Part shown: positions 1-8,221 of the stretch, in pieces
Numbering within the stretch: the first letter of the stretch is position 1
Layout: every line of letters starts with the position of its first letter
Made by a program: the position numbers and the translations under genes
Virus record (IMG/VR): IMGVR_UViG_3300048813_000107
Coordinates: 1 to 64,000 of that record
Source: a virus
DNA length: 64,000 bases
Strand: one strand, 5' to 3'
Notes under the pieces: model-generated
Told to the model about the DNA's origin: nothing
Database searches by the model: none
Seen by the model: only the letters and a program-made list of their open reading frames with translations

Positions 1-26
1 TGCCGGACTGCCGCTCGCCGCTGCAT

Positions 27-488
27 ATGGTGCTGACCTTCAGCAAGGGCATCTACCTGACCGACACCGCCGAGCAGTTGCGCGACCCGAATCAGGCGCA
101 TTCCAGCACGTGGCACGTCGAATGCGCCGGACTTCTCGCTGTTCCGCGAGTGGGAGCGGTCGTGATCGTGACCCTTGAGACCCACGTCAAATGCCCGTCG
201 TGCTCCCACCCCATCCGGTTCATCGGCGTGGCCACGATCCGGGTGAACAAGAGGTCAGCCCGGACCGTGGATGGCATCATCCTCGGGGCGTTCGAGGACT
301 GGCGCTGTCCCGGCTGCCGTGAGGTCATCCCCAGGGACATGCCGATGGACAGGGAACCGTACCGGGTGGCGGATAAGGACGCGGTGAAGGTGGCGGCCTA
401 CCGGAAACGGCGGTGGGGGATCGAGGACGGCGGGGCGATCGTGGAACGGGTCAGGTCAGAGACGGCAGCGACGAGGGATGCAGGGTGA
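27..488 (+). CDS. Hypothetical protein with two CxxC motifs
   Basis: CPSC and CPGC; stop overlaps next GTG (GTGA); true start uncertain. Confidence 0.6.
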   Translation: MVLTFSKGIYLTDTAEQLRDPNQAHSSTWHVECAGLLAVPRVGAVVIVTLETHVKCPSCSHPIRFIGVATIRVNKRSARTVDGIILGAFEDWRCPGCREVIPRDMPMDREPYRVADKDAVKVAAYRKRRWGIEDGGAIVERVRSETAATRDAG

Positions 489-970
489 GTACCGCCGCAG
501 CATGGCCAGAGCCCTACCTCCAGCCTGACCGCAACCAGGACTGCGGCTTCTACGCCACCGCCTACATCGTCCGCTGCCTCGGCGATACGGGGTGCACGGC
601 TGGCCAGGTCAAGGCGTGGCGCGAACTTACCCGCTATCACGAGACCGCCTACCCGCGTGATGTGACCGGCGCGGAGACGTGCGCCTTCACCGACGACATC
701 CACGACCAGGCCGGGCGTGCCAGGTACTACATGGGGCCGGGTGGCGAGGCGTGGGTGCGGGGCTGGCTGGCGGACGGCTGGACCGGCTACGCGAATGTCT
801 TCCGCATCCCGGACATAGCTCACGCTGTGGCCGTGCTCGCCGCTTCCGATGACGGCGTGCTGCTGATGGACCCGCTCAGCGGCCACGTCACCGAGCCGTG
901 GGACTGGTTTCTCGGAATCGGCCCCGGCAGGTACGGCTGCCATTACATCGAGAGCTGGTACCGGTTGTGA
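485..970 (+). CDS. Papain-fold cysteine peptidase, C39-like
   Basis: Q-x6-C (QPDRNQDCG), HAVAV and LMDP give the Q/C/H/D catalytic set; GTG at 485 coupled to upstream stop. Confidence 0.75.
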   Translation: MSTAAAWPEPYLQPDRNQDCGFYATAYIVRCLGDTGCTAGQVKAWRELTRYHETAYPRDVTGAETCAFTDDIHDQAGRARYYMGPGGEAWVRGWLADGWTGYANVFRIPDIAHAVAVLAASDDGVLLMDPLSGHVTEPWDWFLGIGPGRYGCHYIESWYRL

Positions 971-990
971 GCACGCGGACCTCAGTTCAT

Positions 991-1008
991 CCCGCCCCGC
1001 ACGGCGGG
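991..1008. terminator. Short GC hairpin between convergent genes
   Basis: CCCGCC-6nt-GGCGGG. Confidence 0.35.
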
Positions 1009-1062
1009 GAAATACTCTCACATCAAAGCAAGAAAGAAAACACTCGATCTACCTGCGATGTT

Positions 1063-1158
1063 GCACCAGAATTGGTGCGGTCAGGGGTCACCAGAATTGG
1101 TGCGCCCGAAACGGCGAATGAGAGTCGCTCACCTTGGCTTCTGCACCAGGATTGGTGC
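1063..1158. repeat. Three copies of a 16-bp imperfect palindrome GCACCAGAATTGGTGC
   Basis: 1063-1078, 1088-1103 (first base T), 1143-1158 (one substitution). Confidence 0.9.
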
Positions 1159-1596
1159 GCGGCCGGCGATTACCCTGGACCTGTGCTCGCGGCGGACGCC
1201 GAGCTTGTCCAGCGCTTCCCGCGTGCTGTATCCGGCCATCTCCAGCATGGCGAGGCGCAGCGAGGTAGGCGGCATCTGGATCAGCGCGAGCGCGGCCAGA
1301 TCGTCAAGGTCGACCGAGGTACGGCCGGCGCGCCCGCCCGGCATGCACGGCCCGACAAGCTTGGCGACGTGGGGACGCATGGCGTCCATGTCGTGAAAAC
1401 CGCACCACGACTTCCAGCGGACGTGCTTACCCGGCGCGTCGTACTGAAGACCGCGCTCAACGTCACAGCCGGGAACGGGGCAGTTGGCACGCCACTGCCC
1501 GTTCGGCTCGCGGTGCGAACCAAGCCTGATCAGCGCACCGGACCAGCATCGGATAGCGCAGTCTTCGGCGGTGGGTTCACCGCGCCCGCACGCCAC
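1129..1596 (-). CDS. Zn-ribbon protein resembling a primase zinc-binding domain with helical C-terminus
   Basis: WRANCPVPGC...WKSWCGFH; may start at ATG 1647 through an in-frame TGA (see findings). Confidence 0.6.
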   Translation of the reverse strand: MACGRGEPTAEDCAIRCWSGALIRLGSHREPNGQWRANCPVPGCDVERGLQYDAPGKHVRWKSWCGFHDMDAMRPHVAKLVGPCMPGGRAGRTSVDLDDLAALALIQMPPTSLRLAMLEMAGYSTREALDKLGVRREHRSRVIAGRAPILVQKPR

Positions 1597-1733
1597 CCCT
1601 GGTCAGCCGCGACCGGGGCACGAGTGCCCGAATTTGCCGTGGGGCATACTAAAAGCTCTCCTGTTCGCGGGAGTAGCGCGGGGCCGGCCTGCTTCTTGGT
1701 CGGAGGGGGCCGGTCCTGCGTGTTTTACAGGGT

Positions 1734-1958
1734 TTACTGCGGCGTCTTGGTCTTCCCGTCGCGGACCTTGGCGATGTACTCGCGCGTGAAGCTGGCCGCG
1801 TGGCTGATAGCCGATGGCCCTAGCTCGCGCTTGCGGTCTTCTGGCAGCGCCTCGCCTTCTGCCAGCCCTTCCTTGATCTCACGGAACAGGCGAGTGCGTG
1901 CGCGGTCGTACTCGACGCGAGCCTTCCTGATCCGTTCGAGGCGGTCTTCTGGTTCCAT
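1734..1958 (-). CDS. Small repressor-like DNA-binding protein
   Basis: Helical N-terminus then HTH-like GPSAISHAASFTREYIAKVRD; TAGGAT -10 sits 7 nt before ATG 1958; divergent from early operon. Confidence 0.7.
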   Translation of the reverse strand: MEPEDRLERIRKARVEYDRARTRLFREIKEGLAEGEALPEDRKRELGPSAISHAASFTREYIAKVRDGKTKTPQ

Positions 1959-1965
1959 GATCGCC

Positions 1966-2034
1966 ATCCTAGCCCAACACTATGCGCGTACCAAGTGCGC
2001 ACCGTTTGACGCGAACAATGTTGGCTGCTACTGT
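1966..2034. promoter_or_regulatory. Divergent leaderless promoters with imperfect inverted operator pair
   Basis: + strand TTGACG(2006-2011)-17nt-TACTGT(2029-2034)-6nt-ATG 2041; - strand TAGGAT at 1966-1971. Confidence 0.75.
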
Positions 2035-2040
2035 TCTCGT

Positions 2041-2415
2041 ATGCAGACCACCGAGCACACCGCCAAGTGCCTCCGCTGCGGCCGGGTCCGCCGCTTCCGC
2101 ACCGCCGAAGCTGCCGCGAAGGCAGCCCCGAGCGGGCGCATCTGCCGGATGAAGATCCGCGCTGCCGCCATCGCTGCCGCTGTCAAGGGCTTCGCCCAGC
2201 GGCAGATCGACGCGGCCCTTGAGCTGATCTCGGACGGCGGTCTCGTCCCCACCAACCGCCCCGGCGTGTTCCGTGCGGTGTCCAGCGACGGGGAGCGGAC
2301 CTACCTCACCCACAGCGAGACGTGCGGGTGCCCGTCCGGCCTGAAGCGGCTGACGGCCTGCACCTGCAAGCACTCGCTTGGCGTCCGCATCATCATGGCG
2401 ACCGGAAAGGCCTGA
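2041..2415 (+). CDS. SWIM-type zinc-finger protein
   Basis: CLRC near N-terminus; CGC...CKH SWIM signature; real start ATG 2041 within the listed 505-aa ORF. Confidence 0.75.
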   Translation: MQTTEHTAKCLRCGRVRRFRTAEAAAKAAPSGRICRMKIRAAAIAAAVKGFAQRQIDAALELISDGGLVPTNRPGVFRAVSSDGERTYLTHSETCGCPSGLKRLTACTCKHSLGVRIIMATGKA

Positions 2416-2418
2416 ACC

Positions 2419-2733
2419 GTGATCAGCAGCGAAGACTACCTGGGTCTCAAGCACCGGCCGCACTCCATCAGCAGCCGGGCGCTGGACAAGCGCCGCACCG
2501 AGATCGGCATCTGCAAGGCCACCGACCGGATACAGGAGAGCGGCAGGCCGGTCCTGATCGAGCACTGCACCCTCCGGTACCCCACGTACAAGATGGCGCG
2601 CGAGGTTGCCGAAGCGCTCCCGCTCGGCCCGGATTACTACCGGATCAACCTGACCACCTACAGCGCGGCGACGGGCTGGCAGGGTCAGGCCACCGGCAGC
2701 CGCGACGCTGACGGCAACTGGCAGGAGATCTGA
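2419..2733 (+). CDS. Hypothetical protein
   Basis: ORF with RBS, tightly packed in operon. Confidence 0.7.
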   Translation: MISSEDYLGLKHRPHSISSRALDKRRTEIGICKATDRIQESGRPVLIEHCTLRYPTYKMAREVAEALPLGPDYYRINLTTYSAATGWQGQATGSRDADGNWQEI

Positions 2734-2734
2734 G

Positions 2735-2893
2735 ATGGCCCGCCTGACCCAGCGCGAACTCAGGGCCATCAACGAGGCGCTATCCGCCCGTCTGGCCGGC
2801 GAGATCGAGCCTCTGGACGGAATCAGCGCCGAGGACTACGAGACGGCCAAGGCCAAGATCGAGGCCCGTATCAACTGGAAGGCGGACGAGTGA
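2735..2893 (+). CDS. Hypothetical protein (52 aa, not in ORF track)
   Basis: MARLTQRELRAINEALSARLAGE...; AGGAG RBS; TGATG coupling to next gene. Confidence 0.7.
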   Translation: MARLTQRELRAINEALSARLAGEIEPLDGISAEDYETAKAKIEARINWKADE

Positions 2894-3108
2894 TGCCCGG
2901 TATATTCCCGAACCCCGGTGATGTCGTTACTTTCCCCGGCGCCGCAACGCCCGCGAACCGCACGCGCCGGTATGTGGTCACGGACTGGTACGGCAACCTC
3001 ATGGTTTTCGTTCCGGAGGACGCTCCCGACGTGAGCTTTAACTACCTGTACGTCGACCTGTGGCGGATCGGGATGGCCCTAGCGCCCACAGAAAGGGCGG
3101 CGGTATGA
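2893..3108 (+). CDS. Hypothetical protein
   Basis: Coupled at both ends. Confidence 0.6.
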   Translation: MPGIFPNPGDVVTFPGAATPANRTRRYVVTDWYGNLMVFVPEDAPDVSFNYLYVDLWRIGMALAPTERAAV

Positions 3109-3377
3109 GCGGCTACGCGGACGGTTTCAAGCGCGGTACGAATATTCACCAGCGCACCCGGATGGCACGCGTAGCCGACTTCCAGGCGGCCGAACTGGAC
3201 GTGGCGATATCCCTGCATGGAACCCGTGACGCCAAGTGCGCCGCCGGGGATCACGCTGTGCGCGTGGCCGACCCGAAGCAGGTCACTTACCTCGCGTACG
3301 GGAAGCGCGTCGAGCCGGGCACCCGTTACTGCGGCTGGTGCAGCGCGATCCTTCCAGCCGAAGGGGCGGCACAGTGA
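3105..3377 (+). CDS. Hypothetical protein with CxxC
   Basis: ATGA overlap; YCGWC. Confidence 0.65.
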   Translation: MSGYADGFKRGTNIHQRTRMARVADFQAAELDVAISLHGTRDAKCAAGDHAVRVADPKQVTYLAYGKRVEPGTRYCGWCSAILPAEGAAQ

Positions 3378-3625
3378 GCAGCGACGCCGTACCGGCCGGA
3401 GACGTCGACCGCTGGACCCGGCACCTCTGGCACACGTCCCAGCACAACCGGATGGTGATCGGTCTCGCCGGCCGGATTCAGGGGATCGTGCACGAGATGC
3501 GCGAAGCGGCCGGCCTGCCAGAGTTCGGCTGGAACACAGCCTTCCCGGATGCCGAGTTCAGCGAATGCACCGTTCACGTCGAGGACTGCTCCGGGCAAGA
3601 GCATCACGGAAGGCTGGCCCCATGA
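3374..3625 (+). CDS. Hypothetical protein
   Basis: GTGA overlap. Confidence 0.6.
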   Translation: MSSDAVPAGDVDRWTRHLWHTSQHNRMVIGLAGRIQGIVHEMREAAGLPEFGWNTAFPDAEFSECTVHVEDCSGQEHHGRLAP

Positions 3626-3867
3626 CCACCCTGACCATCCCCGAGTACCCCGGTCCCGGTGTCGGCATCTCGGACCAGTGCGGTATCTGCCGCGAGACGT
3701 TCGACCTGATGGCCGAACCGGACCAGTACCCGTCCGTCGCGGTCGAGGGTGAGATGCCCGAGCTGATCTGCGACGCCTGCCAGGACGCCATGGAGCAGGA
3801 GCCGGCCACCGCGAGCGAAGGCTATTGCCCGCTGCCGGTGCACTGCGGCTCCCCTTGTCGCTGCTAA
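3622..3867 (+). CDS. Cys-rich hypothetical protein
   Basis: CGIC, CDAC, terminal CGSPCRC. Confidence 0.65.
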   Translation: MTTLTIPEYPGPGVGISDQCGICRETFDLMAEPDQYPSVAVEGEMPELICDACQDAMEQEPATASEGYCPLPVHCGSPCRC

Positions 3868-3903
3868 GACCGCTCCCGCTGAGACCTGAACGGAGACCTT
3901 GAG

Positions 3904-4158
3904 ATGAGCACCCCCTTTGAACTAACCCCCGCCGACATCTCGGCCATCGAGGAGGCGTTCGAGGCCATCGCCGGCAGCGTGACCGGTGACCTCGTGCCCG
4001 ACGCAGCGCAGATCACCGCCCGCGACCCGAAGTGGGCCGAGGCGGCCATGTCGCTGCTTGAGCGACTCGACGCGGCCCGCTCGGCTGACGGCGACACGGA
4101 CTGGTCTACCTCGTCGCTGCGGAACATGATCGCCCGCGCTGCGCAGAGCGGACGCTGA
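3904..4158 (+). CDS. Hypothetical protein
   Basis: GGAG RBS, high GC3. Confidence 0.65.
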   Translation: MSTPFELTPADISAIEEAFEAIAGSVTGDLVPDAAQITARDPKWAEAAMSLLERLDAARSADGDTDWSTSSLRNMIARAAQSGR

Positions 4159-4198
4159 CCCATGACCTCCACCCCGACAAGCCGGAAGGCGGAACCGG

Positions 4199-4432
4199 AT
4201 GAGCCGTCTCGATGACCTCCGCGCTGCCATGAAGCGCTACGAGGAGAAGCAGCTCCAGAACATGGTCGTGCCGCCGCTTGAGGTGCTAGGTCGGCCGATC
4301 ACCAAGGCCGACATCGAGGCGTACCCGGTGTATTTCATCATCGGCCCCGGCCGGGAGATCGCCGAGCGAACCAAGTGCGGCCACGGCTACCTGCTGACTA
4401 GCAGCTGCCCCGGCTGCGATGCGGAGGACTGA
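4199..4432 (+). CDS. Hypothetical protein with C/H cluster
   Basis: CGHGY...CPGC. Confidence 0.65.
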   Translation: MSRLDDLRAAMKRYEEKQLQNMVVPPLEVLGRPITKADIEAYPVYFIIGPGREIAERTKCGHGYLLTSSCPGCDAED

Positions 4433-4492
4433 CCTATGTCTCTCACCGGACACGACATCCCGATCGTCACCGCGAAAGCCGGGGGCTGAACG

Positions 4493-4744
4493 ATGGCCAT
4501 TGCTCAACTGCGGGAAGGTATCCGGCCGGGGTCGGGGCTGTGGTTCTACGACTGCGGCGCCTGCCCGTGTGCTTTCGGGACGATGGGGTCACGGGAGAAG
4601 GCGGAGCAAGAGGGCGGAGCTCATGACGCCGTGTATCACGAAGGCCGAGGAGGAATAACCGATGCCAGTCACCGGACACGACATCCTGACCAACGCCGAT
4701 CTGTTCCGCGCGGCCTACCCGTCTTGGCCGTCCGCCGAGACTGA
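4493..4744 (+). CDS. Hypothetical Zn-finger-like protein
   Basis: CGAC...H...H; 3' part overlaps next gene. Confidence 0.45.
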   Translation: MAIAQLREGIRPGSGLWFYDCGACPCAFGTMGSREKAEQEGGAHDAVYHEGRGGITDASHRTRHPDQRRSVPRGLPVLAVRRD

Positions 4745-4892
4745 CCCTCTGGCCCTCCCGCCCATAACCGCCCGCGAACTGACCGACTACAGCGACGACG
4801 AGGGTTTCGCCGTCCCGTGGCCACCGAGAGCCCTAGCCGTGGCCAGCCCGACCACCCAGCGCATGACCCGCCTTCTGGCGGGAGAGGACTGA
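4662..4892 (+). CDS. Hypothetical protein
   Basis: GGAGG RBS. Confidence 0.65.
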   Translation: MPVTGHDILTNADLFRAAYPSWPSAETDPLALPPITARELTDYSDDEGFAVPWPPRALAVASPTTQRMTRLLAGED

Positions 4893-4896
4893 ACCG

Positions 4897-5226
4897 ATGC
4901 CGACCGCGACCCGCACCCGCAGGCCCCGCCGCGAACTGACCCCCGCCGATGTCACAGCGCGCTTCCCCGCGTTCCGCAGCGGCCGGGTCGAAGCCTGGGC
5001 TGCCGCATCGCGTGACGGCGTGTGGAAGTACGAGCGGATCGAGGACACGGGGACCCTGTGGACAGTCATTCACGTGCCCACCGGCATCGAGGGTGACTAC
5101 TACGGCACGCTGACCGCCGCCCGCGAAGCCACGGCGGACGGGTCGGCCCTGGCGTACATCGAACGCCTGCTAGCCCATGATCGCGGCGAGCACGCCGAGC
5201 GTGACTCCTACTGCGGAAGGTGCTGA
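4897..5226 (+). CDS. Hypothetical protein
   Basis: GAGG RBS; ends H...H...CGRC. Confidence 0.7.
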   Translation: MPTATRTRRPRRELTPADVTARFPAFRSGRVEAWAAASRDGVWKYERIEDTGTLWTVIHVPTGIEGDYYGTLTAAREATADGSALAYIERLLAHDRGEHAERDSYCGRC

Positions 5227-5228
5227 CA

Positions 5229-5489
5229 ATGACCACGACGACCAGCGCGATGATCAACGCCGGCGAGGTCGGCGAAGACGTGACCATGCTGATCAACGAC
5301 GCCGGGCGGATCGTCTTCCGGACTCCCGGCCAGTCCGTGGTGGTGGACGCCGGCCAGCTGGCGGAAGCACTCAAGCGGGTCACGCCGGTAGTCGGGCTCG
5401 TGGCGAGGTCCAAGACCCCGATCAGCGGCATGTCCGCGCCGATCGCGCGGTCACTAGAGCATTTCGGCTGCACCGTAGAGGAAGGCTGA
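5229..5489 (+). CDS. Hypothetical protein
   Basis: Operon spacing, codon bias. Confidence 0.6.
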   Translation: MTTTTSAMINAGEVGEDVTMLINDAGRIVFRTPGQSVVVDAGQLAEALKRVTPVVGLVARSKTPISGMSAPIARSLEHFGCTVEEG

Positions 5490-5492
5490 CCG

Positions 5493-5729
5493 ATGGCCAC
5501 CACCGAACCCGAGTTCACCCCCGGCCAGGAAGTCACCTGGACCGGAACCGAGGGACTGTTCTCCAAGCGCGTCCGCATCGTCGCGCCCCGCCGCTCGTTC
5601 CTGGCCATCTTCGGCGAGACCCCCGATGACGCCGTGACCGTCTATGACATCGCCGTGCCGGGGATCAAGGGGACTGTGTACGGCATCCCCGCCGGTCAGC
5701 TTCACGCCGTCACCGCACGGAAGGACTGA
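5493..5729 (+). CDS. Hypothetical protein (possible SH3-like barrel)
   Basis: FTPGQEV...VYDI...GQL pattern. Confidence 0.65.
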   Translation: MATTEPEFTPGQEVTWTGTEGLFSKRVRIVAPRRSFLAIFGETPDDAVTVYDIAVPGIKGTVYGIPAGQLHAVTARKD

Positions 5730-5735
5730 GCACCG

Positions 5736-6041
5736 ATGACCCCCACCGAGACCTACGCCGCATCAGTCGTAAAGATCCTCGCCGGGCATTTCCCCGACCT
5801 GACCGACCCGGTAGTCGCCGCCGTCGCCCTGACCGCCATCGACCGCCAGGTGTGCAACCCGTCCGAAGCGTTCGAGTTCATCGTGGACGACCCCGGTTCG
5901 GCACGGTGGCGGCTCAAGGCCCGCGGCGACGACAGGAGCCGCGTCCGCCTCGCCTACTGCCCCGTGAGCCCCCCCGGCTCCACTGCCGGCGACGTGCTGG
6001 AGCACGTCGTGAACCACGCCCTGAGAGCACTGGAGACCTGA
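5736..6041 (+). CDS. Hypothetical protein
   Basis: AAGGA RBS. Confidence 0.65.
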   Translation: MTPTETYAASVVKILAGHFPDLTDPVVAAVALTAIDRQVCNPSEAFEFIVDDPGSARWRLKARGDDRSRVRLAYCPVSPPGSTAGDVLEHVVNHALRALET

Positions 6042-6044
6042 GCA

Positions 6045-6323
6045 ATGCCGATCATCTACGACGAGGAGTCCGGCGGCCTGACCGTCGCGTCCGAGACCTG
6101 CGAGTGCGGGGAGCCGCTGAACGACACCGGCTGTGACGCTCCCGGCTGCAACGGGTACCGCTGCAGCGACTGCGGGACTGGCTGCGACCTCGACTTTGAC
6201 GACACCGGCCGGTGCTGGACCGCGATGGCCAGTGAGAGCGGCGAGGACTACAGCGCCCGGGTCGATGCTGAGCGGGCAGCGTTCGGACTGAGCCCGGTCG
6301 CCCCTGTGGCGGGAAAGGAATAG
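6045..6323 (+). CDS. Cys-rich acidic hypothetical protein
   Basis: Eight Cys in 92 aa. Confidence 0.65.
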   Translation: MPIIYDEESGGLTVASETCECGEPLNDTGCDAPGCNGYRCSDCGTGCDLDFDDTGRCWTAMASESGEDYSARVDAERAAFGLSPVAPVAGKE

Positions 6324-6326
6324 ACC

Positions 6327-6632
6327 ATGGACACCGAGACCACGGCGCGACTGCTGGGACCCGATGGGAAGATGTGGGTGCCGGTCAAGATCAGGCTCCG
6401 TGACCGTGTGCTTCTGTACCGACCCGAAGACGGTCGCTCCTGGGCCGGCTTGTGCCGCTTCGTGCTTCGCACGCTGACCGCGCGATGGGCAGGCCAGGCC
6501 GAGGGCTCGTACCCACCCGGGAACGGTCGCTACGACAACTGGTGCGGCTGGTGCGGACACAAGTCCTTCACTAAGCGCCAGATGCTGAAGCACAGCCACC
6601 CGCGGACGGCCCCCGGATGCCTGACGCCCTGA
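6327..6632 (+). CDS. Hypothetical protein with C2H2-like finger
   Basis: WCGWCGHKSFTKRQMLKHSH. Confidence 0.6.
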   Translation: MDTETTARLLGPDGKMWVPVKIRLRDRVLLYRPEDGRSWAGLCRFVLRTLTARWAGQAEGSYPPGNGRYDNWCGWCGHKSFTKRQMLKHSHPRTAPGCLTP

Positions 6633-6979
6633 CCTCCACCCTGGACCAGATCGGGGAGCGCAACAGAACCGCGTCCACTTACGACGACTGGCGCCAGGTC
6701 GGCCGCGATGGGCGGGCTCTCCTCGCTGCGATCGGGGTAGCTCTGGAGCCGCACCAGCCGGGGGCCCGCACGGTCCTCGGTGCCCTGTGCAAGCGCCACG
6801 AGAACCACCGATACTTCTCGGTCACCAGCACCGAGGCGGACGATGTGCGGGCCTGCCCGGATTGCACGGCGGCGGTCTGGACCTCATGTGCTGGCTGCGG
6901 CGGCGGGGTGCCCGCGGATGAGTGCCCGGTCCGCGAGGCCATCACCCGTGAACTCACCAAGGGGGAGGGGGCTCCGTGA
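6617..6979 (+). CDS. Cys-rich hypothetical protein
   Basis: CPDC, CAGC, ECP. Confidence 0.65.
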   Translation: MPDALTSTLDQIGERNRTASTYDDWRQVGRDGRALLAAIGVALEPHQPGARTVLGALCKRHENHRYFSVTSTEADDVRACPDCTAAVWTSCAGCGGGVPADECPVREAITRELTKGEGAP

Positions 6980-7221
6980 GCGGCGTCAGCATCTTCGGGG
7001 ACATGTCAGACCCGCAGGCCGGCCGGGCGTGGCGGTCAGAAGACGGGACTATCAGCGGCATCATGCGGTTCGGGGACCGGAGCTGGCCGTACCTTGCGTT
7101 CTACTCCTCCGCCGAAGCCCGCGCCCACGCAGCCGCTGCTATCGAGATCGCCGAGGCAATGGAACGGCTCGAAGCGGAGAGTACGGCTCTCCCGGCTGAG
7201 GGGGAGGCTGGCGATGGGTGA
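6976..7221 (+). CDS. Hypothetical protein
   Basis: GTGA coupling, GGAGG RBS. Confidence 0.65.
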   Translation: MSGVSIFGDMSDPQAGRAWRSEDGTISGIMRFGDRSWPYLAFYSSAEARAHAAAAIEIAEAMERLEAESTALPAEGEAGDG

Positions 7222-7510
7222 CACCTGCCTCATCGACCATCCGAGGACCGGGGATTGCTGCGAAGAGCCGGCCATGGCGACCATCACCTTCGGCTGCGCT
7301 CATGAGCACATCGACCGGCCCCGGTCCTGCGCGGGATGCGCCGTCGACGTCCAGCGCTGTGCGGGCGACATGATCTGCCCTCACTGCAGGGACGCAGCCA
7401 AGCCGCACGCGTGCATGTGCCTGGTCGTCATCGACTGGGACAGCGGAGAGAAGACGATCGTGCAGGAGCCCGGCCGGGCGCAACTGGGGAAAGGTGCCGA
7501 TCATGGCTAG
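7214..7510 (+). CDS. Cys-rich hypothetical protein
   Basis: CAHEH, CAGC, CPHC; GGAGG RBS. Confidence 0.65.
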   Translation: MGDTCLIDHPRTGDCCEEPAMATITFGCAHEHIDRPRSCAGCAVDVQRCAGDMICPHCRDAAKPHACMCLVVIDWDSGEKTIVQEPGRAQLGKGADHG

Positions 7511-7787
7511 ATGGCGCGGCAAGTACACCACCGAGGGCATCCACCCGCGCACTCTCAACGAGGTCAAGGACGGCGACCCCGTGACCGTCCGTGACGCGGA
7601 AGGCGATTTCCTCCCTCGCATCGCCACGACCGGCGTCACCAGGGGCGGTAACTTCCTGGTGGTCTGGGTTGCCCGCGCCGAAGAGATGGCCAGGGCGCTG
7701 CGTGAAGGGAACGCGCCCGAGCAGATCCCGTGGCCCGCCACGGACGTATGGGTGCCGGGCGAGGAGCCGGGGAGTGACCGTGGCTGA
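7503..7787 (+). CDS. Hypothetical protein
   Basis: AAAGG RBS. Confidence 0.65.
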   Translation: MARWRGKYTTEGIHPRTLNEVKDGDPVTVRDAEGDFLPRIATTGVTRGGNFLVVWVARAEEMARALREGNAPEQIPWPATDVWVPGEEPGSDRG

Positions 7788-8139
7788 CATCCCCAAGGCC
7801 GCCATCGATGCCGTCTCCGAGGCGATCGGCCTGGACGAGTTCGACGCCCGTGATGCCCTGGAAGCAGCCGCACCGATCCTGGCCGAGGCGTGGGGAGTGA
7901 CCGGCAAGCGCAAGAAGCCCGGCGGCACCCGCGATCCGCGAGCCCGGATTCCCTGCCGCCGCTGCGGAGCGCAGCCGGGCCAGCAGTGCGTCACGTCAGC
8001 GGGAACCAGGGCGCCCATGGTGCATGCCGAGCGCAGCAACGACTGGCGACGGGCCGAAGGTCAGGCGGCCGGGATGATGGAGGCTGAGGGCACGCAAATG
8101 GACCGTTTCCCGCCGCCGGAGGAGGTGCCCGGCGCCTGA
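7780..8139 (+). CDS. Zinc-finger protein (PCxxC...GQxC...HxxR)
   Basis: PCRRCGAQPGQQCVTSAG...HAER. Confidence 0.7.
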   Translation: MADIPKAAIDAVSEAIGLDEFDARDALEAAAPILAEAWGVTGKRKKPGGTRDPRARIPCRRCGAQPGQQCVTSAGTRAPMVHAERSNDWRRAEGQAAGMMEAEGTQMDRFPPPEEVPGA

Positions 8140-8221
8140 CCCGAACCGCGTCTACCTCGATCCCGGCGACCGCCACGCCGCACTTGCCCGCCTTGCTCCC
8201 GCGACATCCCGGAGGTGCCCG

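Noticed and set aside
898-2040. N-terminal 380 aa of the listed 505-aa ORF
   Set aside because: Overlaps two better - strand genes; a clear promoter points to ATG 2041
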